From assembly GCA_043228905.1 (NCBI GenBank), contig JBHGNT010000002.1:10044001-10108000 (forward strand): a stretch of DNA of 64,000 nt. The letters run 5' to 3'. Below are positions 34,901 to 47,891 of the stretch, piece after piece. Numbering within the stretch: the first letter of the stretch is position 1; each line of letters starts with the position of its first letter. Under the pieces are notes generated by a model, which saw only the letters and a program-made list of their open reading frames with translations, made no database searches and was not told where the DNA came from. A program made the translations under genes and the position numbers. Source of the stretch: Azolla caroliniana. Lineage: Eukaryota; Plantae; Polypodiophyta.

Positions 34901-37685
34901 TAGTGGAGACTCGGCCGTGCATTCCCCGCGTAGGAAGCCGAGGAGACCGCTTACACGCAAAGAAAAGAGGAAGACGAAGGTGTCGGATTATGGCACGAAT
35001 AGGAACGAGTCGGATCGACGCGAGTCCGACTCCGAGGGAAGTGACGACGGGTCTTCGAGACCGAAGTCCGCGTTGGCCAAGAAAACCTCAACATCGGCTA
35101 ATGAGCAATTATGCCGATCAACCTGCCTGAAGAACCCAGTTGTGTGGTTCGGATACAACGACTACATGGCGCATCATTATGCATACATGACCTATGTAGC
35201 GGAACTGCGTGAGCCGGAGAGCTACGCGGAAGCGGCTAAGGACGTGAATTGGTGCGCCGCGATGGAGGAAGAGATGCACGCATTAGCGGAAAATGAAACC
35301 TAGGACCTGGTTGACGCACCGAAGGGTGTGAAACTGATTGGATGTAGGTGGGTGTACAAGGTCAAGTACAACACCCACAGCTCGGTCAACTGATACAAGG
35401 CCTGGTTAGTGGCAAAAGGCTACGTGCAGAAACAGGACATCGACTACGATGAGACATTTGCGTCAATCGCGAAGATGACGATCGTCCGTGTTTTGCTCGC
35501 AGTAGCTGCGGCAAAGGGGTGGCACTTACATCAGATGGATGTAGAGAATGCGTTCCTACAAGGTGAGCTTGAGGAACAGGTGTACATGGTACAACCCCCT
35601 AGATTTCACTCCGGAACGAACACGTCGGTAGTGTGTTGATTGAAGAAGTCCCTTTACGGACTGAAGCAAGCCCCACGTGCCTGGAATGCAAAGATCACGC
35701 AGCAACTGCGTCGGATGGGCTTTGAAACATCAAAATCAGACTCTTCCCTATTCATCCGGAAAGGTCGACTTGGTCCGGTCAGTATTTTACTATATGTTGA
35801 TGACTTGATCATCACCGGCGCCAACCTAGGTGAAATCGACCACGTGAAGCTCCAGCTTGCGGCATCGTTCGACATGAAGGATCTGGGGGATCTTCATTAC
35901 TTCCTTGAGATCGAAATGATCCGTACCCCCGAAGGCATATTGATCAGCCAACGCCATTATGTGCTGAGTATGCTCTTCAAATTTAGGATGGCCGACTGTA
36001 AGTCCGTCTCGACTTCCCTGGATAGAACTGTCAAGCTTCGCCCCAATTCCGGAAAGGTATGCGACCCGACGAGGTTCCGACAAATTGTCGGAAGCCTTAT
36101 GTACTTGACAATCACCCGACCCGATCTCAGTTATCCGGTCGGGGTGATCAGTCAGTTCATGGCGCGACCTACCGAGGAGCACCTTCAGTGTGCGCAACGC
36201 GTACTGTGGTACATAAGCGGCATTAAGGACCGGGGACTACTATATCGGACCGGTACAGCCTCGCAGTTGGTAGGCTACACCGATGCTGATTGGGCTGGCA
36301 ACGCCGCCTATCGCTGATCCACGTTCGGATACGTGTTCTCTCTTGGGAGTGTTGCGATAGCGTGGAGCAGTAAGAAGCAGCCGACAATTGCACTGTCGAG
36401 CACCAAAGCTGAGTATAGAGGAGCAGCTGTCGCAACATGCGAAGCCATATGGTTGAAGCGGCTACTTAAGGATCTGCAGGTTGAGGTGTCCGATCCAATG
36501 ACTATCTACTGCGACAACCTCAGCAACATCCAGCTCGCCAAGAACCCCGTTTTCCACGCCCGGACTAAGCACATTGAGGTGCACTACCATTTCGTCCGTG
36601 AGCGTGTTCTCTCTAGTGAAGTCGAACTTCAGTATGTTTCGACGGATCGGCAGACCGCCGACATCTTCACCAAGCCTCTTGGTCTGGACAAGTTGCGGAA
36701 ATTCTCGGGTGCGCTTGGGTTGCGTCACCTCGACATGTCAAACTTGAGGGGGAGAGATGTCCCAAATGACCACAGAAGGGGGAGAGAAGACCGCAATGCC
36801 GAGTCGGATGACGAATTCGATTTCGGATCGGCTGAAGGAGCCGAGGGCGGACCCGCGGAAGATTCCGAAAGCAGACATAAGGGGAGTAGCCGAAAGGAAG
36901 AGCCGAAGTCAACCAAGCATGGGGGAGATGACGCCGTTAAGGGCGAGAAGACCGAAGACGAGTTGGAGACAACCAACTCGAACGAGAGCGAAAACCGATC
37001 GGAGGTAGTCGAGTCGGTTCGGATGTTTGATTCGGATACACTGAATCAACCGAGGGCCAAGCGGAAAAGAAGGCAGCAAGAGAAACGCCAACACCGCAAC
37101 AACGAGGGAGTTGTGAAGGGCCGTGGGAGCAGACAAGACGATCGGAAGGGTCGAAGCACGCGGAGTCGAACAAGTCGAGGAGCGCGAGCGAGGCGTGGAG
37201 CCAGGAGGAACCGAAGCAGTGATCCAAAAGATCCCGAAGAGCCTCAAGTTGAGCTTGAGGGGGAGTGTTGAGAGACAAGCTCAACATCAGCCGGATCGGC
37301 TGAGCAAGCCAAGGACCAGATCGGTTGGGACCGATCGGTTAGGCCGGATCGGTTGGAAACCGGTACGCAGACCGGTGCGTAGGAAGGCCGGATTAGTGCC
37401 GAAACTCGGAGGCCATCAGAAAGATATTCCGCAAGGAATATATTTGGGAGTTAGTGTAGGGGCTCCTCAATGAGCATTGAAGTACTGTCAATCTGAAAAG
37501 GACTTGTATAAAAGTGTTCATTGAACACACACGATGTACAGATCGAGTATTATTTTTTAATTAAGTTCTTGTGTTTACTCTCTCTCTATCTCTCCCGTGC
37601 GTACTATGTAAACCTAAGCTTTCCATTAACCTTGCGTTTTCTGTTGTTCGGGTTCCTATATTCCTTCCGCACGCCATTCTTTTCA
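31960..37685 (+). mobile_element. full-length Ty1/copia 'D' nested in the gypsy C integrase
   Basis: LTRs 31960-32391 and 37266-37685, TG...CA. TSD ATAAG at 31955-31959 and 37686-37690. PBS TGGTATCAGAGC 32392-32403. PPT GAGGGGGAG 37257-37265. Confidence 0.95.
32474..37271 (+). pseudogene. copia D gag-pol polyprotein with many premature stops
   Basis: KLDRTNYASW, CWYCGKKGH zinc knuckle, WYVDS, HSDVWGP, QNGVAERKNR, HQMDV, LYVDD, YTDADWAG, HARTKHIEVHYHF. Confidence 0.92.
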
Positions 37686-37690
37686 ATAAG

Positions 37691-38116
37691 GTATTTTTAC
37701 GTGTACCTCACAATTCTAAGACATTGTCTAAGAGTAAGTGCGCTAAGTTAGCCCCACGGTTTTGTGGACCTTTTACAGTCCTCACACGCATTGGGTCATC
37801 AGCCTATCGTCTCGCTCTTCCCGATTGTGTTGAAATTCATCCAGTTTTTCATGTGAGTCGTCTAAAAGAACTTCTAGGTTCTGGCGACAATACAGTTACA
37901 ACTGAAACTTTGGTTACTTCTGAAGAATTATCTTCTAAACCACATGTACCAGATAGAATTCTCGATGTTAAAACAAAAAAATTATGTACTAAAGAAATCC
38001 GAGAATTTAAAATAAAATGGATGGATAAATCAATAAAAGATGCCAGATGGGAACGCGAAAATACTCTCAGAACTAACTTCCCTAACTTTCCATTGCAAGT
38101 GTGCAATGTTTTATAA
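37691..38116 (+). pseudogene. gypsy C integrase GPF region and chromodomain
   Basis: KLAPRFCGPF, IHPVFHVSRLK, PDRILD...FKIKW....DARWE. Confidence 0.85.
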
Positions 38117-40494
38117 TATCCCATGGTGAGAATTTACCGTAGTATTCTATACACATGGATAAGTGTGAGGGTTAAACGAGAGGGTAAAGAAGGGGAGGAT
38201 TACTTTTAATCCTCAGGATTGAGACAACCCATTAGGCCAAGTGTGAACTTGCATGGGGGCCTTGGGTATCGCTATAAATAAGAGGCCTAGCTACCCTCAT
38301 TTCATCATCTTTTGACTACGTTGAGACTATGTTTCGTGGTGGTTCAACTGTTGTAGCGAGCGCGCCAGCACCATGTACGACTTGATGCCATTGCGGTGGT
38401 ATGGGACGCCGATCGAGGCTCGAGTCTGTCTCAATCCCTTCGCTGGGGGGTGGTCGAGTGAATCGACACCCTTCTTTCTCTCTCTCCTTTCTATCTATCT
38501 ATCTATCTATCTATCTTTTATCTTTATCCTTTGCTTACATTAGTTTATATCTCTAATATACATTGTCGTCCAGAACGTCTTCGATGACTTTGCATGTGCA
38601 AGCATACTACGGAGCCTCTCCATTATAGTCCAGTTCATTCTCTCGGCCAGACTGTTAAGCTCTAGCGTCTTCGGCATGATATACTCGAGCTGGATTCCCT
38701 ACATTCGGCAGTATTCCTCAAACTGCCCTCGGTATTCACCGCCATTGCCAGTTTCTCTTTCAGTCGTCGCTTGGAACTCTTTGAGGACGGCTAACACCTA
38801 GTTCTTCTTCAGCACGGAAGCCCACAACTTTTGGCTACAATCGCCTATGAAGGTCACGAAATATTGTGAACCACCATGAGACTTTGTGTCCACGTAGCAC
38901 CCGGTTGACGTTATCAAGCACACATCTCCAAAGCCTACGATTCAGCATGCTCCTTCATTTCCCATCTTTACAGATCCGAGATCTCTGGCTCTATAAGATG
39001 AAAAGCATTTCTGGTCGAGGGTTAGGTGGAATGACGCACCCGAATCAACCACCCATGTTGATTCATCGCTGACAAGTTCACTTCGTTCTGCTCGCTGATC
39101 AGCAACAGTTCCTCTTCACTTGTCGCGATTGCCAATGTGTTCTTGCTGTCTGAAATCTTCTTCGGTTGCACATCATCGGCTCCCCTTTTTTCCTTTCGAA
39201 AATGTCAGCAATTCTTTTGGAAGTGCCTCGGATTCCCACAATAGAAGCATGTGGGCCTTCCCCTCGGATTCGACCTCATCCTCGACTTATTTCAATTTTG
39301 GGGACTTCAATTTCAGCCTGTTCCTCGATTTGTATCACCTTCTGTGACTAAGGCCTTTGGGTCGGCGATGGACTCTTGGTCCTTCCGTCGAGCTTCCTCG
39401 TTTAGTAAGCTCAACTTCACCTGCTTTAGGGATAGATGCTTCCCTTCCGGTCCGGCATTGCCCAATGTGACAACGAGCGTCTCCCAATTGTCCAGAAGGG
39501 ATCCCGACAACAATAGTGCTAATACCTCATCGGCAAGAGGTACTTCTAGAGAGGTGGTTTGATTCATCAGTCCTTGGAAGGCATTAATGTGCTCCGCCAT
39601 GTTGGAGCTATGTTGATACTGGCGTCTCATGATTTTCCTGAAAATTGAGACTCTATTCACGGTTATTTTCGAACATTATGTCGATCTTCTTCCAGAGGAC
39701 ATTGGCACTCATCTCTTCATCAAAGTTGTTGTATAGACTCATGTCTATAAAACACCTTATATATGTAGCCAACTTCAAATGCATGACTTCCCAAGTCGAT
39801 GCATCGATCTTGTCTGGCTTCGTCTTGCCATATTGCATTGGCAACCATAGGTCTTTGCACACGAGCATATCCTGCATCTTCGACTTCCACATTGAATAGT
39901 TGGAGCTGGTTAACTTGAACATTCCACCGAAATGTTTATCCATCACTCTGATACCACTAGTTGAGAATCGACTGGCCACAACCAGTTGCATGTTCGTATG
40001 CATGGGCAAAGAAACAAGCAAGATAATGCACAAACAAGGAAAACAAAAATAGATATAGAGACACAAATATTTACGTGAAAAAACTTGAAAAAGAAAAACC
40101 ACAGGAGTCCTCGAACTCTAAACTTAATCACTATATGGTAGGAGGATTGTACAATAAGAAACTTGAAGGCAATGACCTTGAGTTCTTCTTCGTCAACAGA
40201 CGACTACAGAGTTACGACTCTGTTCACTCTCTCCTACTAACACTCACACTTAGTTACAAAGGCAACAACCATATTGTAACTATTACTACAATGATCAACA
40301 ACTATAACATAATGATTTCCCTAGATATATATATACTAATACAACATTTAGGGATATTTACAAATATGGCCCACTAAGGGCACATTTTGACCATTTACAA
40401 TTAGATTTTCGATTTCGGTCTCTACCGAATTACCCATTGGTTCCATCCAATTCATCTCATACTCTTCCCATCCGGAGGGACATGTTTCCCAACA

Positions 40495-42185
40495 TTGTGT
40501 ATTCAATTTGAATACCTTGAGCCTTGTAGTATTCTTTGAACTACCCTTTATATTCGCCACCGTTGTCGGTTCAGACAACGGTCTTCAACTTTCAACCCGG
40601 CTCTCTTTTTGCCCCTGCCTGGAACTCCTTGAAGAATGACAGTACTTGGTCCTTCGACTTTAGTACGAAAGCCCACAACTTCCGACTCTAATTGTTAATG
40701 AGCATCACTGAGTACTGTCTACCTCGATGTGATGGAGCATCTATGTAGCACACATCTGGGTGTACCAGTTCCAGTGGCACTTCTCTTCTTCTTGGTGGTC
40801 TTGTGTGGAATGTTGCTCTATTCTGCTTTCCGATTAAGCAGTCGACGCACTTCTCCAAGCGCACTCGTTCACTTCTGGGAGAATTTCCTAGTCAGCCAGG
40901 ATATGCATTCCCTTTTCACTCATGTAGCCTAGTCTCTTATGCCATAACTCTCCACTCGAGTCGGCTGTCACATTTGCTTCCGATTTGCACAATCGGTCAT
41001 GCATCATATATAATGTGCCTTCTTTTTGTGCTCAGCCATAATCAGGTTTCCACGACAGAACTTCCACTTGCCGTTTCGAAAGCTACCACTGTAGCTAGCG
41101 GGGACATGTCGAACTTTCCTCAGATTCAGTCGACAAACTGTCGATGTCATCAGGCTTACACTTCCTATGTCGGCTATCTTGCACTCTCCGTTATCTCCCA
41201 TCTTTACATAGCCATGATCCTTGGCTATGTAACTTGAGAAGCATTCTCTCAAGGGACTTATATGAAATGATGCACCAGAGTCGATCACCCATGTGCGCTC
41301 TTCACTTGCAAGATTTGTGTTTGCGTGTTCACAAATTAACAAGATCTCCTATGCAATTGTAGTTATGGCTGAAGTGCCCTTTTCATCAAGAATCTTCCTG
41401 GGTTCGACATCATTATAGACACCTTTGTCCTTCTTGAGGTGTTTGCAGTCCTTCTAGAAGTGTCTAGGCTTTCCACAATAGAAACATGTCAGTTTGCCTC
41501 TAGACTTGGACCTGGTTTGGGACTTGTCCCTTCTTTGTGAACTTCTTTGCCGGTTCCTTCCTCTGCCGGTATGTTGAGTCAGATTTGAATCCGATTGGGA
41601 CAAGACACCCTTATCCTTCCTTCTTGTCTCCTCGTTCAAGATGCTTGTCTTTACTACTTGTAGAGATAAGTTCTCTTCTTGACAGGAGGTGTTGAGTGTC
41701 ACCACTAGGTTCTCCCAGCTATCCGGCAAGGTACACAATAGAAGGATGGCCTGCATAGCATCATCAAGGGGAAACTTGGTTGCTGCAAGTTGGTTCACAT
41801 ACCCCATGAATGTGCTTACGTGCTTGACTATGCTCTCTTTGTCCCTGTATTTCAATCTCACAATCTTTCTCATCAAAGATATTTTGTTGAGGGCATTCTT
41901 CCTCTCATACAGGCTTGACAGCATCTGCCACATCTCGTAGGCATTTGTGTCATTCGCCACATGATGAAGGACACTTACATCTATGCATTGTCTGATAGTG
42001 GCCACAACCTTCCTATTAAGGAGGTTCCATTCAAACTCCAATACCCGCGTGGGTATTTCTTCTCTGTCGATGGGCTCATACGTGTCTTTGACTATCAGGA
42101 GATCCTCCATCTTTATCTTCCAGTTTGTATAGTTTTGGGAGTTCAGGATCATCATTCCTGAAAAGCCACTCACACCTCCTTCCAT
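40495..42185 (-). pseudogene. copia A gag, protease and integrase N-terminus
   Basis: ILNSQNYTNWKIKMEDLL, LLCTLPDSW, CFYCGKPRHF, WVIDSGASFH. The frame joins 23457 across the TTGTG TSD. Confidence 0.9.
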
Positions 42186-44154
42186 CTTTCACCTTGTGCT
42201 CTGATACCAGTTTGATGGGATTGGATCACAGATATGTGAGAAAGACCCTTAAGCATGTATTCAACAACCCTTTCCATGGCCGAGATCTCAATGGGAAGTG
42301 ATCCTGTCTCAAGAAGGAGGAGGATGTAAGGCGTTTGTTTCTTAACTTGTAGACACTTTGTAAGAAAATGTTTTTGGACATTTTCAAACTCTTTCCAGAG
42401 AGAGAGAGAGAGAGAGTATAACTTAGTTGGTAAGGTTGTCCAATAGAGACAATAAGGTCATGGGTTTAACCCCCTACATTCCATCGTGGCATCTAGTGAG
42501 TTAAGTAGTAGAGAGGTGAGAAATTTGGGTCTTGAGCCCCGAGACGTGAGCTAGTAAGCTAAGAACTTACCAATGAAGTAAGTTAATTACTCTAAAACAT
42601 AGAGCAAAACTAATTTTGTAAAATTATGTTTTAAGCAATGATGTGTTCAAGTGTAGAAACGTTGAATAGAGTCTTATTCGTCATGACATGTTTCGGAGAA
42701 GAAACTCGTTCACTAGTACCATGTATTTCTAGTAATGGTTGGGTCTACCAATGTCTAAAAACTCTATTTAACAATGTGTATTTCTAGTAGTGATGAGTAG
42801 TTTATGTGTTTCTAGTAGTGTTAGCAAATTTTATGCTCAGGACACGTGAGCAATATTCAAACCCTTGTCTCTTTTTTCCAAACCCAAAGGCGTTACCACT
42901 TACATAAACTTGTGCAACAATACTAAAAGAAATTATGTGGAGTTTATTCGCTATTAAGGGTGAACATTGTAGGTACTAATAACAAAGAGGCTAAACAAAA
43001 AACAAAGAGAGCTAATTAACAACAATTAGTGCTCATTTGTATTTCCACGTTTTTGGCGTAATATTATCGTCAACATTTCTAAAATTTTATGACATTGATC
43101 ATATTTACAATTTAATAAAAAGAAAGAAAATTGACAAGTTAGCTAGAAAATGACATGAAGTTTTATTTAAGGGGTCCAATGTGTTTATGTTCTTCTAGGT
43201 TTTATTTAATGTTTAAATCATTTTTACTATAATCGATTAGATAACACATATTTTAATCAAAATAACCACTATCCCCATGAGTCACACTCTGGCGACAATG
43301 TCCCTCCATGACACTATAAATTATTCCCATCCATGTAAAACAATGTAAGTTTGGTACTTTCAATATATTTAGGGTTTTTTCATCAAATCATTTTACATGG
43401 AAACATTGTCAAAAAGGTGGTTTGTATGAATTGGTATCCTATACAACTTGCTTATTTCCCTCGAGACATTTCGAAGTAATTGTATTGAGTGAAATGTTGG
43501 TTTTCTTCTTAAGGAGGTTTAATACCCCAAAACTCCTTGCTTGGCATATGTATATCAATAGGAATGTCCTCATGACTATATTCTAAAGGAGTATTGTTCA
43601 CTAGCGTTATATTGTTAAGCCTCCACATGCTCATAAACTAGTATACTAGTTTGCGTTTGTTTTCAAGATTATGTTATGCCTTGAAAACTAAGATGATGTC
43701 TAGGTTTAAACACGCATAACCTAATGAGCTACGCAAATTATGTTAGTGTGGCGTGATAATATCAAACAAACAGACAAAGGCGATGAGCAATGTACATCAT
43801 GTGCCAAGAGTCTATACAATTAGTCAAGCACTTTCAAAACAAGCAGAAACTTGCATACTTTCTCCGCAACAAGTGCCACCCACACATCACACGTACACAC
43901 TTAACATGGCATCCATTCGTTCTTTTGGCATTAAAGTTTGAATCAATGCCACTCTTATGACAAATTCTAAGCAACATGGATATTATATAAGGAAGATTTT
44001 CAAACATCACCTTGAGAGTTTGTAATGTTTACAATGGAGTCATGAGTCCAAGGATTTTGAATATGTTTTGGTTATGATTCATGAATATAATTACAAAAGT
44101 GGCAAAAATAATGATCACATGAGTCCAAGTCTCCAATATGTATTTGGCATTGCA

Positions 44155-44312
44155 CAACGTGTATATATATATATAGTTTATGTATGAATTTTACACGTAT
44201 GTGTGTATGTGTGTGTGTGTGTGTGTGTATTTATGTATGTTCTCAATTAAGGGCATGTATGTATGTATGTATGTATGTATGTATAGACGTATTAATTACG
44301 TATGTATGTATG
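44155..44312. repeat. (TA)n/(TG)n/(TATG)n microsatellites just 3' of the MYB stop
   Basis: Directly visible simple repeats. Confidence 0.9.
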
Positions 44313-44319
44313 TTCTCAA

Positions 44320-47004
44320 CTAAGGGCTAAACCCATTGTAGTTAATTATATTGTTATTGATAGCTACCAATTCTTTAATATCATGATAATTAGAATCCGA
44401 TGGCAATGTGTATAGTATCAATGAATCATCGTAGGTTATTAATGAAGAATTGTCATGAGGATTATGATCATTAATGAGCTGAAGATCAGGCAACTGATCA
44501 TTGTTGAGATGCTCCGTACTGATATTCATCAATTGATCATAGTTATTGTTTATGTAGTTGATTAAGGATTGATCATCCATTGAGATATAGCTAGATACTG
44601 ATGGCTGATGATCATTAGTTATTAATTGGGGATCAGCAGGTCCCAAGACGCCATCTATGAGGTGGGTCGATGATGATTGATTTGTATAATTATTGTCCGA
44701 AGAAGCCGACGATAGTATGATCGATTGATCATCATTATTGAGCAAGCTGAGTTGTGAATCATAGTTAACATCAGCAGTTAGTTTATCGTTAATCATATTG
44801 TAATTAGTACTCACTGAACCATAATCACCGGTGATTAAGAATGCCGATCCATCACAATGACGGTTAGTATTGTTAATTAGCAATGCAGGGTTACCATAAC
44901 CACTTGTCTCCTGTGCATTGGTTGCCATCGATCTTGGATTTGTAATCATTTGATTATTACAGAAGTTGCCCTGTCTCATGCTATAATTGAGGTTAATGGG
45001 CTGATTAGAGTTGCACAGCCCCCAATTAGGGTTGTCCATCTCTCCGTCAAAGACTTTAAAGAGAGGATTAGGCATCCTTAATCGCATGTTGCTTACTATA
45101 TTAGTGCTTTTTGGCTTGTGGCTTGTGCTCTCGATTAAATCCTCGTCGTCGCGTGACGAATGATTCAGGCTCATCATAGACGTGTCATTCGGACTAAGTG
45201 AGATTGGATAATTAATGATGGGCTCATGGGTTAGTGGATCTAAACCAGCTTGCTTAAGCTTCTTCTTAATACAAGAATTCCAGAAGTTCTTAATCTCATT
45301 GTCAGTTCTGCCTGGCAGATGTGAAGCAATTTGAGCCCACCTGAAAAAATAGAACCTAATCATGACTAGCCCTTTATTCATTCATAATCAACAAATATTC
45401 AGCGCTGGTCTTAATCCTATTTCATTAATCAAGTATTATTATAGACTAGGGCTCCAGAAGCCACATCATAAGCATTGTTATGTGGTCGATCTCTTGCTTC
45501 AGTCATAATTATTTGGTTGATTCTCCATAATCCTTATGTATATTTTGGTGATTAAATTATCAATGAAACATATATATTAAATGTTAAACCGCCGATTCTT
45601 AATGCCCACCTTACCTTCCTTAAGGAAACACTAATGAATCCCAGTGCCAGGATTATAAATAAGATCATTAAGCTCCTGAAGTCCGAGGCGTAATTAAGTA
45701 CAAAGGGAGGGGATGAATGCCGAAACACACACACACATGGGATGGGGGCAGGATTTAAACGAGAGAAAAATGAAGAAGAGATGTGTAAGTAGTAAGTGGA
45801 AATGAATGGTTGATACCTGTTACCAAGGATCGCATGAAGCTCAATGATCCGATTTTCCTCCATGGAAGAGAACGTGCCCCTCTTCAGGTCCGGTCTCAAG
45901 TAATTAATCCATCGAAGCCGACAACTCTTACCACAGCGTTGTAATCCTGTTGTCATAATTATTAACTCAACCCATGTAAGGCCACTAATCCATGATCCAT
46001 CCATACTTCTTAACAATAATAATAATCCCCCGCCTAGTGCGTACTTATAACAGAAGACTTTAAAATAGATGAGCATCATTAATTTAGAAGCCTTGATACT
46101 ATAGTGCATATAATATGTCAAGTTCATGAGCACTAGGTGACTAGAAGGAATTATTGGACTAAAGAAGGTTAATTTAGAGTAGATATCGCAATTGGAGCAT
46201 CATTAATTTAATTTAATTTAATTTAGATGACGGGGCATGCATCATTAATTGGCCCCAATTGCGAGATCAAGAAGATTAATTTAATTAATTAGCCACAAGC
46301 AATAAAGAGAGAGAAAAAAAAACAGAAAAACGCAGTTCTAGATCTTAATGGAGTGGTCTCTCAATGAAGGGGGGCTTATATAGAAGCTAGCTGCATTACT
46401 AAATAGCAAAGGTATTGGGAAAAGTAAGGATTAAAAGGCGGCTATTGTGCAATGATTTGATTCAGTCGTAAGGATGGATGGATCATGGGAGAAGTGAATG
46501 AAGAAGGCTGAATTAATAATTTAAGAGAAGAGGAGGGAGGAGATATGTATGTATAATGTATGTATGTATGTATGTATGTAAGGAAGGAAGGGATGAGAAG
46601 GGACCGGCGTGGGTGGGAACAGAGGTCCAGCAGCCATGGCCATGGCGGGTGATGTGGTCGATGAGCTTCTGGTCTTCTTCGGGAGACCACAGACCCTTCC
46701 TCATCTTCGTCGTCGTCGTCGTCGTCATCTGCTGGATCTTCTTCTTCATCATCATCACCTGCTCTTGCTGCTCCTGCTGCTTCTGCTCCTGCTCCTTCTG
46801 CTGATGCTCATGACCATCTTCATCATCATCATCATCATCTTCATCATCATTTAAAGCCTTCCTCCTCCTCATCATCATCATCTTATTACTACTATTCTTC
46901 TGATTATTCTTAATCTTAATCTTATTCTTATCCTTATTAATGGTGGCCATGCCCCTACACCCGCCGCCGCCGCCGCCGCCGCCGCTGCTGCTGCTGCGAC
47001 CCAT
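44320..47004 (-). CDS. R2R3-MYB transcription factor (MYB61/55/50/86-like, subgroup 13), 3 exons, ~516 aa
   Basis: Exons 47004-46605, 45946-45817 (canonical 130 bp) and 45340-44320, GT-AG introns, 1551 nt total. KGLWSPEED...[25 protein letters not shown]...[25 protein letters not shown], then GLDPLTHEP. The start codon is uncertain because several in-frame ATGs exist. Confidence 0.93.
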
Positions 47005-47054
47005 CGCCGAAAGCCCGAAAAAGCTACGATCCATACATATAAAACCCTTGCCAT

Positions 47055-47345
47055 GTATGTATATATATATATATATATATAATCTATATACATACATACA
47101 TACATACATACATACATACATTGTATATTCAAGCCCAAAAGAGCTCAAAACAACAAAAGCAAAAGCTAATAATAATAATAATAATAACAAGCGCAATCCT
47201 GCTCCTTTTTTTGTTGTTTAATTAATTAATTAACCTCTTTTCTTTTCTTTTCTTTTCTTTTCTTTTGTGTCTGTGTATGTGTGTGTGTATGTTGTTTGGA
47301 GGCTTTTCTCCCTTCTCTGCTCCTCCCTCTGTCTGTCTCTCTATG
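47055..47345. repeat. (TA)n, (TACA)n, (AAT)n, (TTTTC)n, (TG)n microsatellites upstream of the MYB start
   Basis: Directly visible. Further (CT)n at 47861-47886 and poly-G at 48091-48108. Confidence 0.9.
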
Positions 47346-47856
47346 TAATGTAGTGTATTGTATGGTAAGTAAGGGCATAGTACGTAATATTCCGGTTCGT
47401 TAGCACAAACATTCGTTTTTATACGTTTTCAAACGAATGCATCATATGTTATTAAAACATTCTTGCGTTGTTTTTCTTTTTACACTTCTTACCTTAACTT
47501 TCTTACCCTAAAAGAAGTTTACCTTATAATAAATAAGGAGTGCAAAAAATATGGTATTTACCATACTTCGAGGGTGTTTTTTATACTCGAATGATTAAAA
47601 TATTCGCGAATGAGAATACACGAATGGTACGTATGCTTCATACTATGGGTAAGGGTATGTATCCGAAAATGTATTTCTGGTTTCGTCTTTTAATTAATTC
47701 TTGAGTTCCGTTTTCCCTGCGCTGCCATTCATTCATCCTCTCTCTATTTTTATTTTCTTTTATTTTTACTTTCAATGAATGGGTAAATATCCCATTTTGT
47801 TGTAAACAAATTGTCTCATGGGCCAATTTTGGCCTTAGAAGACCTTAATATATCTT

Positions 47857-47891
<35 letters not shown>

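Larger units (their letters stand above)
25823..38558 (+). mobile_element. Ty3/gypsy chromovirus 'C' nested in the copia B integrase
   Basis: LTRs 25823-26282 and 38112-38558 (the 3' copy lacks its first ~17 nt and the PPT). TSD TACAT at 25818-25822 and 38559-38563. PBS-like TGGTTTCAGAGC at 26285. Chromodomain at the end of pol. Confidence 0.9.
23458..40494 (-). mobile_element. Ty1/copia 'B' nested in the copia A integrase, internally deleted
   Basis: LTRs 23458-24019 and 39959-40494. 5-bp TSD TTGTG at 23453-23457 and 40495-40499. PBS 39946-39956, PPT 24020-24032. gag from 39943, RT/RNase H remnants 24020-25820. Confidence 0.92.
3934..42246 (-). mobile_element. Ty1/copia LTR retrotransposon 'A', outermost element of the nested stack, decayed
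   Basis: 3' LTR 3934-4617 with PPT at about 4618-4632. tRNA-iMet PBS (TGGTATCAGAGC on minus) at 42198-42209. Only ~34 bp of the 5' LTR survives (42213-42246, matching 3934-3967). gag at 42185-41454. Pol pieces rejoin across the nested insertions. Confidence 0.85.
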
